A stretch of DNA of 64,000 nt, taken from an uncultured Solirubrobacteraceae bacterium. GTDB lineage: Bacteria; Actinomycetota; Thermoleophilia; Solirubrobacterales; Solirubrobacteraceae. Below, piece by piece: positions 9,379-17,859 of this stretch. The stretch is taken from positions 1,330,553-1,394,552 of the forward strand of contig OY970157.1 of assembly GCA_963706235.1 (NCBI GenBank). The letters run 5' to 3'. The number at the start of each line of letters is the position of its first letter. Position 1 is the first letter of the stretch. The notes beneath the pieces were generated by a model that ran no database searches, was not told the origin of the DNA, and was given only the letters and a program-made list of their open reading frames with translations. The position numbers were made by a program, and so were the translations under genes.

Positions 9379-10366
9379 CGATCTCGCCGGAATTGTGACG
9401 CACACGGCCGTCGCTCGCCGGCCGTGCGAACGACGCATCGACAGGCACGGCGCAGATCGGTGCCGGCAGGCGGCCGGAAAGCGCGCCCGCCGCCGCCCTC
9501 GCGAGCACCAAACCTCCCTCCGCAGAGCGCCCAGAATGGGGGAACAGGCCGATCACCGTCGGGCCCGATCCGCTCACCAGCGCAGGCTCCGCCCCCGCCG
9601 TGCGCGCCTGCTGAAGGGAGGTCGCGATCTCGGGACACAGCGACACGGCCGCGCGCTGGAGATCATTGTGGAGGAGCTCCGTCGCCGCAGGCAGCGGAGC
9701 CCCATGCTCCAAGGCCGAGTAGAGCTCCGCTCGGAGCACGGTTAGCTCGGGATCCGTGCGTGTCTGCCCCAAGCGATCTACCTCCCTGTAAACATCGGCG
9801 GTCGACAGAGCTACATCCGCCGGCAGCACTAGAACGCCGAACCGGGACCTGGCAGGCGCGAGCTCTTGCAGTCGCTCGCCCGCGCCGCTGGCCAGCCAGC
9901 GGCCCGGCGTCACCTGCGCGGGAACGTCCGCACCCAGCTCTGCCGCGAGGACGCGCAGCAGCTCCTCGTCGCCCAGCCCCGACGCGTGCCACGCCAGGCG
10001 TAGAGCCGCAGCCGCATCAGCCGAACCCCCGCCCAGCCCCGCCGCCACAGGAATTCGCTTGCTGATGCTCAGCCGCAGCGGCGGCGCCCGCCAACCAGTG
10101 CTCGCGCGGAATGCACGCAGCGCCGCAGCCGCCAGGTTCTCGTTCGGGTCCCCCGGCACCCCCGGGCACACAACCTCGTCGCGCTCGCTGCCCCCAGCTG
10201 CCTGCTCGAGCGTGAGCTCGTCAGCAAGCGAGATTGACTGCATCACGCTCACCAGCTCGTGCTTGCCATCGCTCGCGCGCACGGGGCCGACGAACAGCCC
10301 GAGGTTGATCTTCGCCGGAGCCAACGCGCGGTGCACCCCCGGCGCGAAGGCGTCCTCGCCACTCAT
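9371..10366 (-). CDS. ispE: 4-diphosphocytidyl-2-C-methyl-D-erythritol kinase
   Basis: APAKINLGLFVGPVRASDGKHELVSVMQSI and the GHMP-kinase motif PVAAGLGGGSADAAAAL are present. The start is placed at ATG 10364-10366 (MSGEDAF...), 19 nt after the rsmA stop. Confidence 0.85.
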   Translation of the reverse strand: MSGEDAFAPGVHRALAPAKINLGLFVGPVRASDGKHELVSVMQSISLADELTLEQAAGGSERDEVVCPGVPGDPNENLAAAALRAFRASTGWRAPPLRLSISKRIPVAAGLGGGSADAAAALRLAWHASGLGDEELLRVLAAELGADVPAQVTPGRWLASGAGERLQELAPARSRFGVLVLPADVALSTADVYREVDRLGQTRTDPELTVLRAELYSALEHGAPLPAATELLHNDLQRAAVSLCPEIATSLQQARTAGAEPALVSGSGPTVIGLFPHSGRSAEGGLVLARAAAGALSGRLPAPICAVPVDASFARPASDGRVRHNSGEIDD

Positions 10367-10385
10367 CGCTCGCCCCTCCAGCGCC

Positions 10386-11270
10386 TCATAGCTCCAACAT
10401 GAGTGCGAGTGCCCTGAATTCCTCCGGTGCCAGACGCTCCGCGCGCGCATCCGCTGGCTGGCCAAGCTCTACCAACGCCTCGCGCACCTGCTCCCGCGAT
10501 GGCTGCACGTCGGGCCCAGGCAGCCCTCCCGAGAGCGCCAGCGAGCCCGCAAGCGTCTTGCGCCGGTGAGCAAAGCCGCCAGCTACGAGCCAGCGCAGCC
10601 CCGGCCCGACCGGCTCGCTCTCGCGCCGACGCATGCCCACCAGCACCGAGTCCACGTTGGGTACTGGATGAAACACCGTCCGTGGGACCGCCCGGAGCAC
10701 GGCGACGTCACACTCCAGCTGAGCGAGCACGGACGGAGCGCCGTAAGCCCCCTTCTCCACAGCGCTCCCGCGTACGCGTCCCGCCGGCTGCGCGGCGAGC
10801 CGCTCGCCCACCTCGCGCTGCACCATCGCCACCCACATCGACACGTGCGGCAGCTCCTCGACGGTGCGCAACAGCACGCTGGTGGCGACGCCGTAGGGGA
10901 GGTTGGCCACGACCTTCGTCGGCACCGGATCGAGCCCGGCCAACTCGAGCGTCACCGCGTCCGCCCAGTGCACCGTGACGTTCGGATACGGATCGGTCGC
11001 GTCGGCGAGCGCGTCGCGTAGCCGTTCGTCGATCTCCACCACGTGCACGTGAGCAACCCGCTGCGCGAGGTACTCCGACAGAACGCCCAGCCCGCCGCCG
11101 ACCTCCAGTACGACATCGTCGATCCCCAACTCCGCTGCACGCCCGATCACGCCGAGGATGTTGGAGTCGATCAGGAAGTTCTGGCCGAGCTCGCGATCGG
11201 GCCGCACACCGAAGCTGCGCATCCGACGCAGGCTCGGCTGCGCCGGGCCGTCGGCCGCCACAGCGCTCAC
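10386..11270 (-). CDS. rsmA: 16S rRNA (adenine1518/1519-N6)-dimethyltransferase
   Basis: LGQNFLIDSNILGVIGRAAEL...VLEVGGGLGVLSEYL...VVANLPYGVATSVLL are present. It overlaps tatD by 4 nt. Confidence 0.9.
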   Translation of the reverse strand: MSAVAADGPAQPSLRRMRSFGVRPDRELGQNFLIDSNILGVIGRAAELGIDDVVLEVGGGLGVLSEYLAQRVAHVHVVEIDERLRDALADATDPYPNVTVHWADAVTLELAGLDPVPTKVVANLPYGVATSVLLRTVEELPHVSMWVAMVQREVGERLAAQPAGRVRGSAVEKGAYGAPSVLAQLECDVAVLRAVPRTVFHPVPNVDSVLVGMRRRESEPVGPGLRWLVAGGFAHRRKTLAGSLALSGGLPGPDVQPSREQVREALVELGQPADARAERLAPEEFRALALMLEL

Positions 11271-12022
11271 GCCCAGCCGAACACGCGGGCGGCGTTGCGG
11301 GTCACCGTCGCGCCAAGCTCTTCCACGCCGACGCCGCGGAGCTCCGCCAAGAAGGCAGCCGTGTGCGCCACGAACGCCGGCCGGTTACGTTCCTTGCGGA
11401 CGACCTGCGGCGTCAGGTAGGGGGCATCGGTCTCCACCAGCAACGCATCCGCAGGGACCAGGCGCGCCACGTCCGCGAGCTCGGCTGCGTTCTTGTACGT
11501 GACGTTGCCAGCGAAGGAAATCATGTAGCCGCGCTCGAGGCACTCGTGCAGCCGGCCGGGCATCGAGAAGCAGTGCATCACCACGCTCACCCCCTCGGCT
11601 TCAGCGGCCAGCTGGTCGAGCGTGTCCTGATCGGCGGCGCGCGTGTGAATCACCAGCGGCTTAGCCGTCTCGCGGGCAAGCTTGATCTGACCTGCGAACG
11701 CGCGCTGCTGATCCTCACGCGGCGGCGCGTTGTCACGGTAAAAGTCCATACCCGTCTCTCCGATCGCCGCGCAGCGCGGATGCGCCGCCAGCGCGCGCAG
11801 CTCCGCCAGGTCCGCGTCATCGAAGCCCTTCGCAGCCGTGGGGTGGCGGCCGACGGCCGCGTACACCTGCGGGAAGTCCTCTGCCGCCGCCAGCGCCGCG
11901 CGGCAGGACGCGCCGTCGATGCCCACCGTCAACATGCGCGTCACCCCCGCCGCGTCAGCCTCAGCCACAAGCTCAGCCGTCGGCTGCTCGCACAGGTGCA
12001 GATGAGTGTGGGAGTCGATCAT
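11267..12022 (-). CDS. tatD: TatD-family metal-dependent hydrolase
   Basis: MIDSHTHLHL..., AIGETGMDFYR, VIHTRAA, VMHCFS and LVETDAPYLTP are present. Confidence 0.9.
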   Translation of the reverse strand: MIDSHTHLHLCEQPTAELVAEADAAGVTRMLTVGIDGASCRAALAAAEDFPQVYAAVGRHPTAAKGFDDADLAELRALAAHPRCAAIGETGMDFYRDNAPPREDQQRAFAGQIKLARETAKPLVIHTRAADQDTLDQLAAEAEGVSVVMHCFSMPGRLHECLERGYMISFAGNVTYKNAAELADVARLVPADALLVETDAPYLTPQVVRKERNRPAFVAHTAAFLAELRGVGVEELGATVTRNAARVFGWA

Positions 12023-12046
12023 CGACGGAATCCGTGGTGAGCCATG

Positions 12047-13585
12047 TCACCCAGACTTCGGGAACAGTGACTCCAGCGTGGCGATCGGCTCGCCGAGAGC
12101 CTGCGCGGAATCCCAGCGTGCGCATTCCAGCGAGCGGTCCTCGCAGCCGAGCGCACCCAGCAGCTTCTCAGCGCTCGAAGGTATGTACGGGTACAGCAGC
12201 ACGCCCAGTACACGCAGGCCTGCCACAAGCGTCGCGAGCACGCGGTCGAGCTCCTCCGAACGAGCGTCGTCTTTGGCCAGCTGCCATGGAGCACGTTCCT
12301 CCACGTAGCGATTCAGTCGCCGCACCCGTTGCCAGATCGCATCCAGCGCGCCCGTCAGCTCCGCCCGGTCGATCATGCCTTCCACCTCCTGCGCAAGCCC
12401 CGCGAACTCGTCGTGCAGCTGGGGGTCGAGCGTCACAGCCGGCGGGATACCCCCGCGGTAGCGGTGCACCATCGCGATCGTACGACTGGCGAGGTTTCCC
12501 AGGTCGTTGGCCAGCTCGCTCTCGTACCGGAGCTCAAACGCCGACGTCGAGACCGAGCCGTCCTGGCCGAACGGCACATCGCGCAGCAGGTAGAAGCGCA
12601 GCGCGTCCGGCCCGTAACGGTCGATCACCGCGAAGGGGTCCAACACGTTGCCCAGCGACTTGCTCATCTTCTCCCCGTCCATCAGCAGGAAGCCGTGCAC
12701 GAACACGTGCCGTGGCAGCTCCAGCTCGGCCGCCATCAGCAGCGCCGGCCAGTACACGGTGTGAAAGCGCAGGATGTCCTTGCCGATCAGGTGATAGCTC
12801 GGCGGCCAAAAGCGCTCGGTCAGGCCTCCCTCACCGACCGTCACCCAGGCGGGAGTGGGCGCGTAGGAAAGCGCGGAGTAATAGTTCAGCAGCGCGTCGA
12901 ACCACACATAGAAGACGTGCTCGTGGTCCCAGGGGACCTGTACGCCCCAGGTGAGCTTGTGGCGCGTAAGCGGCACGTCGCGCAAGCCAGAGCGGATGAA
13001 CGAGAGCGCCTCGTTGTAGCGGGTGCGCGGCATCACGAAGTCCTCGCGCTCGGCATACAACACCTCCAGGCGCTCCTGGAAGGCGGACAGCTTGAAGAAG
13101 TAGTTCTCCTCCTGCTCGCGTGTCAGCTCGATGTGGTGAATCGGGCAGCGATTGCCCTCGTCGATCTCATTGTCGGCCTTGAAGTCCGCACAGCGGGGGC
13201 AGTACCAGCCCTCGTAGGTGCCCTCGTACACGTAGCCGTTCTCGCGCACACGTGTGAGCACCTGCTGGACAACCGCTTCGTGCTGCGGATCTGTCGTGCG
13301 GATGAAGAAGTCGTTCGTCGCCGACAGCTGCGGTGCCAGCGCCTTGAAGCGCTCGGCGTTGCGGTCAGCCAACTCCTGCGGCTTGACGCCCAGCGCGTGC
13401 GCCGCATCGGCCACTGGCTCACCGTGCTCGTCTGTCCCCGTCAGGAAGAACACATCCTCGCCGCGCTGGCGATGGTGCCTGGCCATCACGTCCGCAGCGA
13501 TCGTCGTGTACGCATGCCCAAGGTGCGGAGCCGCGTTGACGTAGTAGATGGGGGTGGTTACGTAGAAGGACACCGGCACCTCCAC
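12047..13585 (-). CDS. metG: Methionine--tRNA ligase (short form, no C-terminal tRNA-binding domain)
   Basis: The HIGH-type motif TTPIYYVNAAPHLGHAYT and KMSKSLGN are present. The start is GTG 13583-13585, or alternatively GTG 13571-13573. Confidence 0.95.
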   Translation of the reverse strand: MEVPVSFYVTTPIYYVNAAPHLGHAYTTIAADVMARHHRQRGEDVFFLTGTDEHGEPVADAAHALGVKPQELADRNAERFKALAPQLSATNDFFIRTTDPQHEAVVQQVLTRVRENGYVYEGTYEGWYCPRCADFKADNEIDEGNRCPIHHIELTREQEENYFFKLSAFQERLEVLYAEREDFVMPRTRYNEALSFIRSGLRDVPLTRHKLTWGVQVPWDHEHVFYVWFDALLNYYSALSYAPTPAWVTVGEGGLTERFWPPSYHLIGKDILRFHTVYWPALLMAAELELPRHVFVHGFLLMDGEKMSKSLGNVLDPFAVIDRYGPDALRFYLLRDVPFGQDGSVSTSAFELRYESELANDLGNLASRTIAMVHRYRGGIPPAVTLDPQLHDEFAGLAQEVEGMIDRAELTGALDAIWQRVRRLNRYVEERAPWQLAKDDARSEELDRVLATLVAGLRVLGVLLYPYIPSSAEKLLGALGCEDRSLECARWDSAQALGEPIATLESLFPKSG

Positions 13586-13586
13586 G

Positions 13587-13886
13587 CTACCGGGGGGCGA
13601 TCAGGTTCGTCACTGCCGTCGACGAGCGCGCGTCCTGGATCGCGACGACGAGGACTCGATCCATGGCCTCCTCATAGGCATAGACGATCAGCAGCCAGCG
13701 CCAAGGCCCGACGATGAAACGCAGATCCCCCCAGCGCTCGTCGAGGTTGCGTCCGATCAAAGGAAACCGCTCTAGCGCACGCAGCGATCGCTGGATACGC
13801 GCTCGCGTATCCGCGGGAAGGCTGTGCGTCACGATCATGCGGTCGAGTCGCTCGGTCGCCGCGAGGCTCAGCTCGACGTGGGCCAC
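13587..13886 (-). CDS. RelE/ParE-superfamily type II toxin
   Basis: A 99-aa product reads ...RARIQRSLRALERFPLIGRNLDERWGDLRFIVGPWRWLLIVYAYEEAMDRVLVVAIQDARSS. It has ParE/RelE-like topology and size. It lies immediately downstream of a small RHH-like gene. Confidence 0.7.
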   Translation of the reverse strand: MAHVELSLAATERLDRMIVTHSLPADTRARIQRSLRALERFPLIGRNLDERWGDLRFIVGPWRWLLIVYAYEEAMDRVLVVAIQDARSSTAVTNLIAPR

Positions 13887-13899
13887 AGTGCGAGCAGGA

Positions 13900-14157
13900 C
13901 TAAAGCTCGTCGAGCGGGACAGTCTTGCCTTCCCGACCCTGCTTCAGGCCAAGCTGGGCTTCCTCGAACGCCCCCGGGATCCCATCGAGCAGCGCTGTGA
14001 TCGTGCGAGCATCCGGGTCCGCGTCGTCCAGTGCGCTCGACAGCAGCGAGCGAGCGAGCGTTCCCTCGTGTACGTGGGTGCGCTGCGCGAGCAGTGAAAG
14101 CTTGGCGGCGTGCTCCGGGTCCAACGTTACGTTCAGCCTGGTGCTCGTCCGATCCAT
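13900..14157 (-). CDS. Ribbon-helix-helix (CopG-like) antitoxin
   Basis: MDRTSTRLNVTLDPEHAAKLSLLAQRTHVHEGTLARSLLSSAL has an N-terminal beta-strand plus two helices, typical of RHH antitoxins. It ends 13 nt upstream of the toxin. An alternative start lies at 14184. Confidence 0.6.
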   Translation of the reverse strand: MDRTSTRLNVTLDPEHAAKLSLLAQRTHVHEGTLARSLLSSALDDADPDARTITALLDGIPGAFEEAQLGLKQGREGKTVPLDEL

Positions 14158-14184
14158 GCGGACGCATCGTACACGGTTCGACAC

Positions 14185-15024
14185 TTATCGTGTAGGAGCG
14201 TCACGCGTGATCTCCCGATACAGCTCGTTCGCCCGCAGCCCCGTCAGCTTCGCCACAGCAGCCGCCGCGGGCCGCGGCTTGGCGCCCGCGTCGATCAGCT
14301 CGCGCACCGCGACCAGCGCCTCCTGCAGGGGCGCACGCGCGAGCTCCGCCGCGCCCACGACCAGCACCACCTCGCCGCGCGCAGGCGTCTCGCCGTAGTA
14401 CGCAGCGAGCTCCGCTGCCGATCCCCGCCGCACTTCCTCGTGCAGCTTCGTCAGCTCCCTGCACACCGCCACCGCACGCGCCGGGTCCTGCGTGGCGAGC
14501 AGCTCCAGCGTCTTCGCGAGGCGCGCGGGGGACTCGAACGCAACCAGCGTGTCCGTCACACCAGCAAGCAGCTCGCCGAGCTGTCGGCGCGCACGGGGCA
14601 GGAATCCCACGAAGCGCCAACGATCGCAGGGCAGCCCAGAGACCACCAGCGCCGCCAGCACCGCGCTCGGCCCCGGCAGCGCCTCCACGTGGATGCCCGC
14701 CTGAACGCACGCGCGCACCAGCGCGAACCCGGGATCTGACACGAGCGGCGTGCCCGCGTCAGAGACCAACGCGACCGTCTCACCTGAGCGCATCCGCTCG
14801 ACCAGCTCGCCGGCGCGCGCGCGTTCGTTGTGCTCGTGCACGCTGACCGTGCGTGTGGAGATGCCGTGGCGTTCGAGCAGCAGCCGCGTGTGGCGCGTGT
14901 CCTCGCATGCAACCACGTGCGCCGCACGCAGCGCATCGAGGACGCGGATCGTCACGTCCTGCAGGTTGCCGATCGGCGTCGCGCACACGACGAGGCGACC
15001 CACCGGCGCCTGCGGGGAGGTCAT
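14185..15024 (-). CDS. rsmI: 16S rRNA (cytidine1402-2'-O)-methyltransferase
   Basis: GRLVVCATPIGNLQDVTIRVLDALRAAHVVACEDTRHTRLLLERHGI is present. The start is placed at ATG 15022-15024. Confidence 0.9.
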   Translation of the reverse strand: MTSPQAPVGRLVVCATPIGNLQDVTIRVLDALRAAHVVACEDTRHTRLLLERHGISTRTVSVHEHNERARAGELVERMRSGETVALVSDAGTPLVSDPGFALVRACVQAGIHVEALPGPSAVLAALVVSGLPCDRWRFVGFLPRARRQLGELLAGVTDTLVAFESPARLAKTLELLATQDPARAVAVCRELTKLHEEVRRGSAAELAAYYGETPARGEVVLVVGAAELARAPLQEALVAVRELIDAGAKPRPAAAAVAKLTGLRANELYREITRDAPTR

Positions 15025-15050
15025 CTCGCAAATATAGGGTCCTGTCACCG

Positions 15051-16181
15051 ATGGCCAAAGACCGCGACGAGGAGCCGCAGTACACGCGCTATCGCGCGAC
15101 CCCGCGGCTGCCCCACCGCAGGGAGCAGGGAAAGGTGCAGCCCGAGCGTCTTGCCGGCGGGCCCGCCAACGGACGCCCTGGAGGCGGGCGGGGCGGGGCT
15201 CCGGGCGATTCCTCGCAAGGCGGCCGCTCGCGTTGGCGGCGCTGGGCCACGCCCAAGCGCATTCTGCTCTCGCTTGTGGGGCTCGTCCTCGGCTGGCTGC
15301 TGTTCTCGCTCGTGCTCTTTCTGATCAGCTCGCACCTGGAGCGCACACCGCTTCCGAGCAACGTGACCGGCGTGCTCAACCACACGGGCAACCCGCTCAC
15401 CTCCGTGAACAACATCCTCGTGCTCGGCTCCGACCGACGCCAAAAGAACAGCAAGGAACCCGGTGCGGAAACCACCGGCTACGGGCGCTCGGACACGATC
15501 ATGTTGATCCGCACCGGCGCCGGGCACGCGGCGCGTCTGTCCATACCGCGTGACACCGTCGTGGAAATCCCCGGCCACGGCCTGGAGAAGATCAACGCCG
15601 CGCACGAGTACGGCGGCCCCGCCGAGTCCGTGTCGGTGATCAAGAGCTGGCTGGGCGTCCCCATCAACCACGTCGTCGAAGTCAACTTCGAAAACTTCCC
15701 GCAGCTGATCGACGCCATGGGCGGCGTCACCTACACCGGCGGCTGCATCATCTCCAAGCTCGATGGCGGCTCAGCCGACGGCGGCTTCACGCTGCGCCTG
15801 AAGGCTGGCAGCCACCACATCGACGGTAAGGAAGCGCTCGCGATTGCTCGCACCCGCGAGAATCTCTGCGCGCCCGACGAGACCGACATCCAGCGCGAGG
15901 AACACCAGCAGGCGCTGTTCAACGACATGAAGAGTCAGCTGATGTCGATCTCCAGCTTCTTCCGCCTGCCCTGGATCGCCTGGCACGCGCCCCCCGCAAT
16001 CATCTCCGACATGAGCGGTACAGAACTGCTGGCCATGTTCGCCTCGCTGGCGATCACCGGCACCCCGCCCACCAAGGTCCTGCTCCCCACCGGGCAGGTC
16101 ATCCTCCCCAGCGGCGAAGAAGGCCTCACGATCTCAGAAGAAGCACGCAAGGCCGACGTCGCGCGGTTCATGAGCGGCTGA
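15051..16181 (+). CDS. LytR-CpsA-Psr (LCP) family cell-envelope phosphotransferase
   Basis: ATG at 15051; basic N-terminus, one TM helix, then LVLGSDRR...GRSDTIMLIRT...LSIPRDTVVEIPGHGLEKINAAHEYGG...VNFENFPQLIDAMGGV. Confidence 0.85.
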   Translation: MAKDRDEEPQYTRYRATPRLPHRREQGKVQPERLAGGPANGRPGGGRGGAPGDSSQGGRSRWRRWATPKRILLSLVGLVLGWLLFSLVLFLISSHLERTPLPSNVTGVLNHTGNPLTSVNNILVLGSDRRQKNSKEPGAETTGYGRSDTIMLIRTGAGHAARLSIPRDTVVEIPGHGLEKINAAHEYGGPAESVSVIKSWLGVPINHVVEVNFENFPQLIDAMGGVTYTGGCIISKLDGGSADGGFTLRLKAGSHHIDGKEALAIARTRENLCAPDETDIQREEHQQALFNDMKSQLMSISSFFRLPWIAWHAPPAIISDMSGTELLAMFASLAITGTPPTKVLLPTGQVILPSGEEGLTISEEARKADVARFMSG

Positions 16182-16213
16182 CGCGCCGCCTCCCGACCGT
16201 TTGCCGAACCGAT

Positions 16214-16231
16214 GATTAGGGCACCCTAATC
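16214..16231. promoter_or_regulatory. Candidate operator: palindrome GATTAGGG-CA-CCCTAATC upstream of the iron permease
   Basis: Perfect 8+8 inverted repeat with a 2-nt spacer. It ends 64 nt upstream of the FTR1 ATG (16296). The half-sites contain TTAGG/CCTAA, as in the outer arms of DtxR/IdeR iron boxes. Confidence 0.4.
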
Positions 16232-16295
16232 TGTGTTAGCCTTCGCCCCAGACGATAACCGAGTGCAAGGGTCGGATTACCGAGAGCAGCATCGG

Positions 16296-17441
16296 ATGGC
16301 GCACAGTCAGGCAACCGCGGAACCGCCCCCCGAGGGCGCGGGCCGCCCCACGAGGGTCGTCACCAAGCGATTCAACGAGCGCGTCAGCTTCTACGTGTGG
16401 ACGGCGATCGTGCTCACCGTCGCGGTCGTCGCAGTGGTGCTGAGCTGGCACGCGAAAGGCGGCACCACCGACCCGACCGCGCTGCCTCCAGGGCACCGGC
16501 TGAGCCACACCACCGTCGTCATCAACAGCGCCATCCTGGTGCTCCGCGAGGGTCTTGAGACGATCCTTGTCCTCGCAGCCGTGACCGCCAGCTTCCTCGG
16601 CGGCAACCGCGTCTACCGCAAGCCCGTCGTCGCGGGCGGAGCGAGCGCGCTCGCCGCCGGCGTGGGCACGTGGTTCCTGGTCGTGTGGTTCATCGGCCAG
16701 TTCCACGGCGGCGAGTTCGACGTGCAGGCAGCCACCGGCTTGCCGTCGCTGATCGTGCTGCTGATCGTCATGAACTGGTTCTTTCACAAGGTCTACTGGA
16801 CCGGCTGGATCTCAAACCACCACAAGCGCCGGCGCAGCCTCCTGTCTGCCGATCCGGACACGAACAAACGTCGCATGCTGATGGGGCTCGCCCTCCTTGG
16901 ATTCACCTCCGTGTACCGCGAGTGCTTCGAGGTCGTGATCTTCCTGCAGAACCTCCGTGAGCTCTACGGCTCGAGCGTCGTGCTCGAGGGCGTCACGATC
17001 GGCCTGCTGTTCACCGCCGCCGCCGGCATCCTCACGTTCGGCCTACACCAGCGCCTGCCCTACAAGCGGCTTTTGATCATCACCGGCGTCATGCTCCTGT
17101 CGGTGCTCGTCGTGTCCGTCGGCGAGGAGGTCAACGAGATGCAGCTCGCCGGGTGGATCGGTACCACCCCCGTCAGCGGGCTGAGTATCCCCGGCTGGAT
17201 GGGCACCTGGTTTAGCCTCTTCGCAAACTGGGAGACCTTCGTCGGTCAGGCGATCGCGCTGCTGCTTGTCCTCGGCTCCTACGTCGGCGCGCAGTACATG
17301 CGTGTTTGGCGCCCGCGCAAACGCGGCCAGCAGGCTGCCCTGCGGGCCGAGCGTGCACCCGAACAGGCCGCCGACCTCGCCACCGCACCCCCCGGCACCG
17401 GCGGCGGCGTCGCCGGGCCGGTGATCAACCTCTTGAGCTGA
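16296..17441 (+). CDS. FTR1/EfeU-family high-affinity iron permease
   Basis: It is multi-TM and has two REXXE iron-binding motifs (LREGLETILV and YRECFEVVIF). The start is placed at ATG 16296. Confidence 0.8.
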   Translation: MAHSQATAEPPPEGAGRPTRVVTKRFNERVSFYVWTAIVLTVAVVAVVLSWHAKGGTTDPTALPPGHRLSHTTVVINSAILVLREGLETILVLAAVTASFLGGNRVYRKPVVAGGASALAAGVGTWFLVVWFIGQFHGGEFDVQAATGLPSLIVLLIVMNWFFHKVYWTGWISNHHKRRRSLLSADPDTNKRRMLMGLALLGFTSVYRECFEVVIFLQNLRELYGSSVVLEGVTIGLLFTAAAGILTFGLHQRLPYKRLLIITGVMLLSVLVVSVGEEVNEMQLAGWIGTTPVSGLSIPGWMGTWFSLFANWETFVGQAIALLLVLGSYVGAQYMRVWRPRKRGQQAALRAERAPEQAADLATAPPGTGGGVAGPVINLLS

Positions 17442-17452
17442 GCCGCCGGCCT

Positions 17453-17839
17453 TCAGCTCTTGGCTGCGACGGGCTTGGAGTCACCCGAGCCTGATGAGGC
17501 TTTCTTGCTGTCGCTCGCCTTGGCGGGCGATGAGTCCGCCGAGGAAGAGGACTTCTCGCCTGTGCCCGAGGACTTCTCAGAGGAAGACTTCTCGCCGGAA
17601 GACTTCTCCGAGGACGAGGATTTCTTCTCTGCCGCCGCAGCGGCAGTCTCGCGCTGGCGATTGCGCGTCCCGTAGTCGGTGTTGTAGAAGCCTTTGCCCT
17701 TGAAGTGGACTGCCGGGGCGTGCAGCACGCGCTCCACGGGCACGCCTGTGTCGGGGTCCACCTTCAACGGGTCATCGCTAAAGGACTGCTGTAGTTCGAA
17801 CGTCGTACCGTCCGGACGTCTGTACTCATAAATCGGCAT
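17453..17839 (-). CDS. FmdB-family (Zn-ribbon_8-like) protein lacking all four Cys ligands, with a Ser/Lys/Glu low-complexity tail
   Basis: The N-terminus MPIYEYRRPDGTTFELQQSFSDDPLKVDPDTGVPVERVLHAPAVHFKGKGFYNTDYG is colinear with the FmdB pattern MPxYEYxCxxCGxxFE...CPxCG...F.G.GFY.TDY. It contains no cysteine. Confidence 0.7.
   Translation of the reverse strand: MPIYEYRRPDGTTFELQQSFSDDPLKVDPDTGVPVERVLHAPAVHFKGKGFYNTDYGTRNRQRETAAAAAEKKSSSSEKSSGEKSSSEKSSGTGEKSSSSADSSPAKASDSKKASSGSGDSKPVAAKS
17545..17630. repeat. Imperfect ~15-nt tandem repeats (GGAAGACTTCTCGCC-like on plus)
   Basis: About five degenerate units are visible at 17548-17625. They encode the (G)EKSS repeats of the FmdB-like tail on the minus strand. 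Confidence 0.5.
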
Positions 17840-17859
17840 CGCCGCCGATTATAGGTGTG

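Noticed and set aside
17460-17703. Tandem repeats that might have been a VNTR or CRISPR-like array.
   Set aside because: The units are about 15 nt, degenerate, contiguous and without spacers. They are fully explained as the coding sequence of the (G)EKSS low-complexity tail. No CRISPR-like repeat-spacer structure was seen anywhere in the window.
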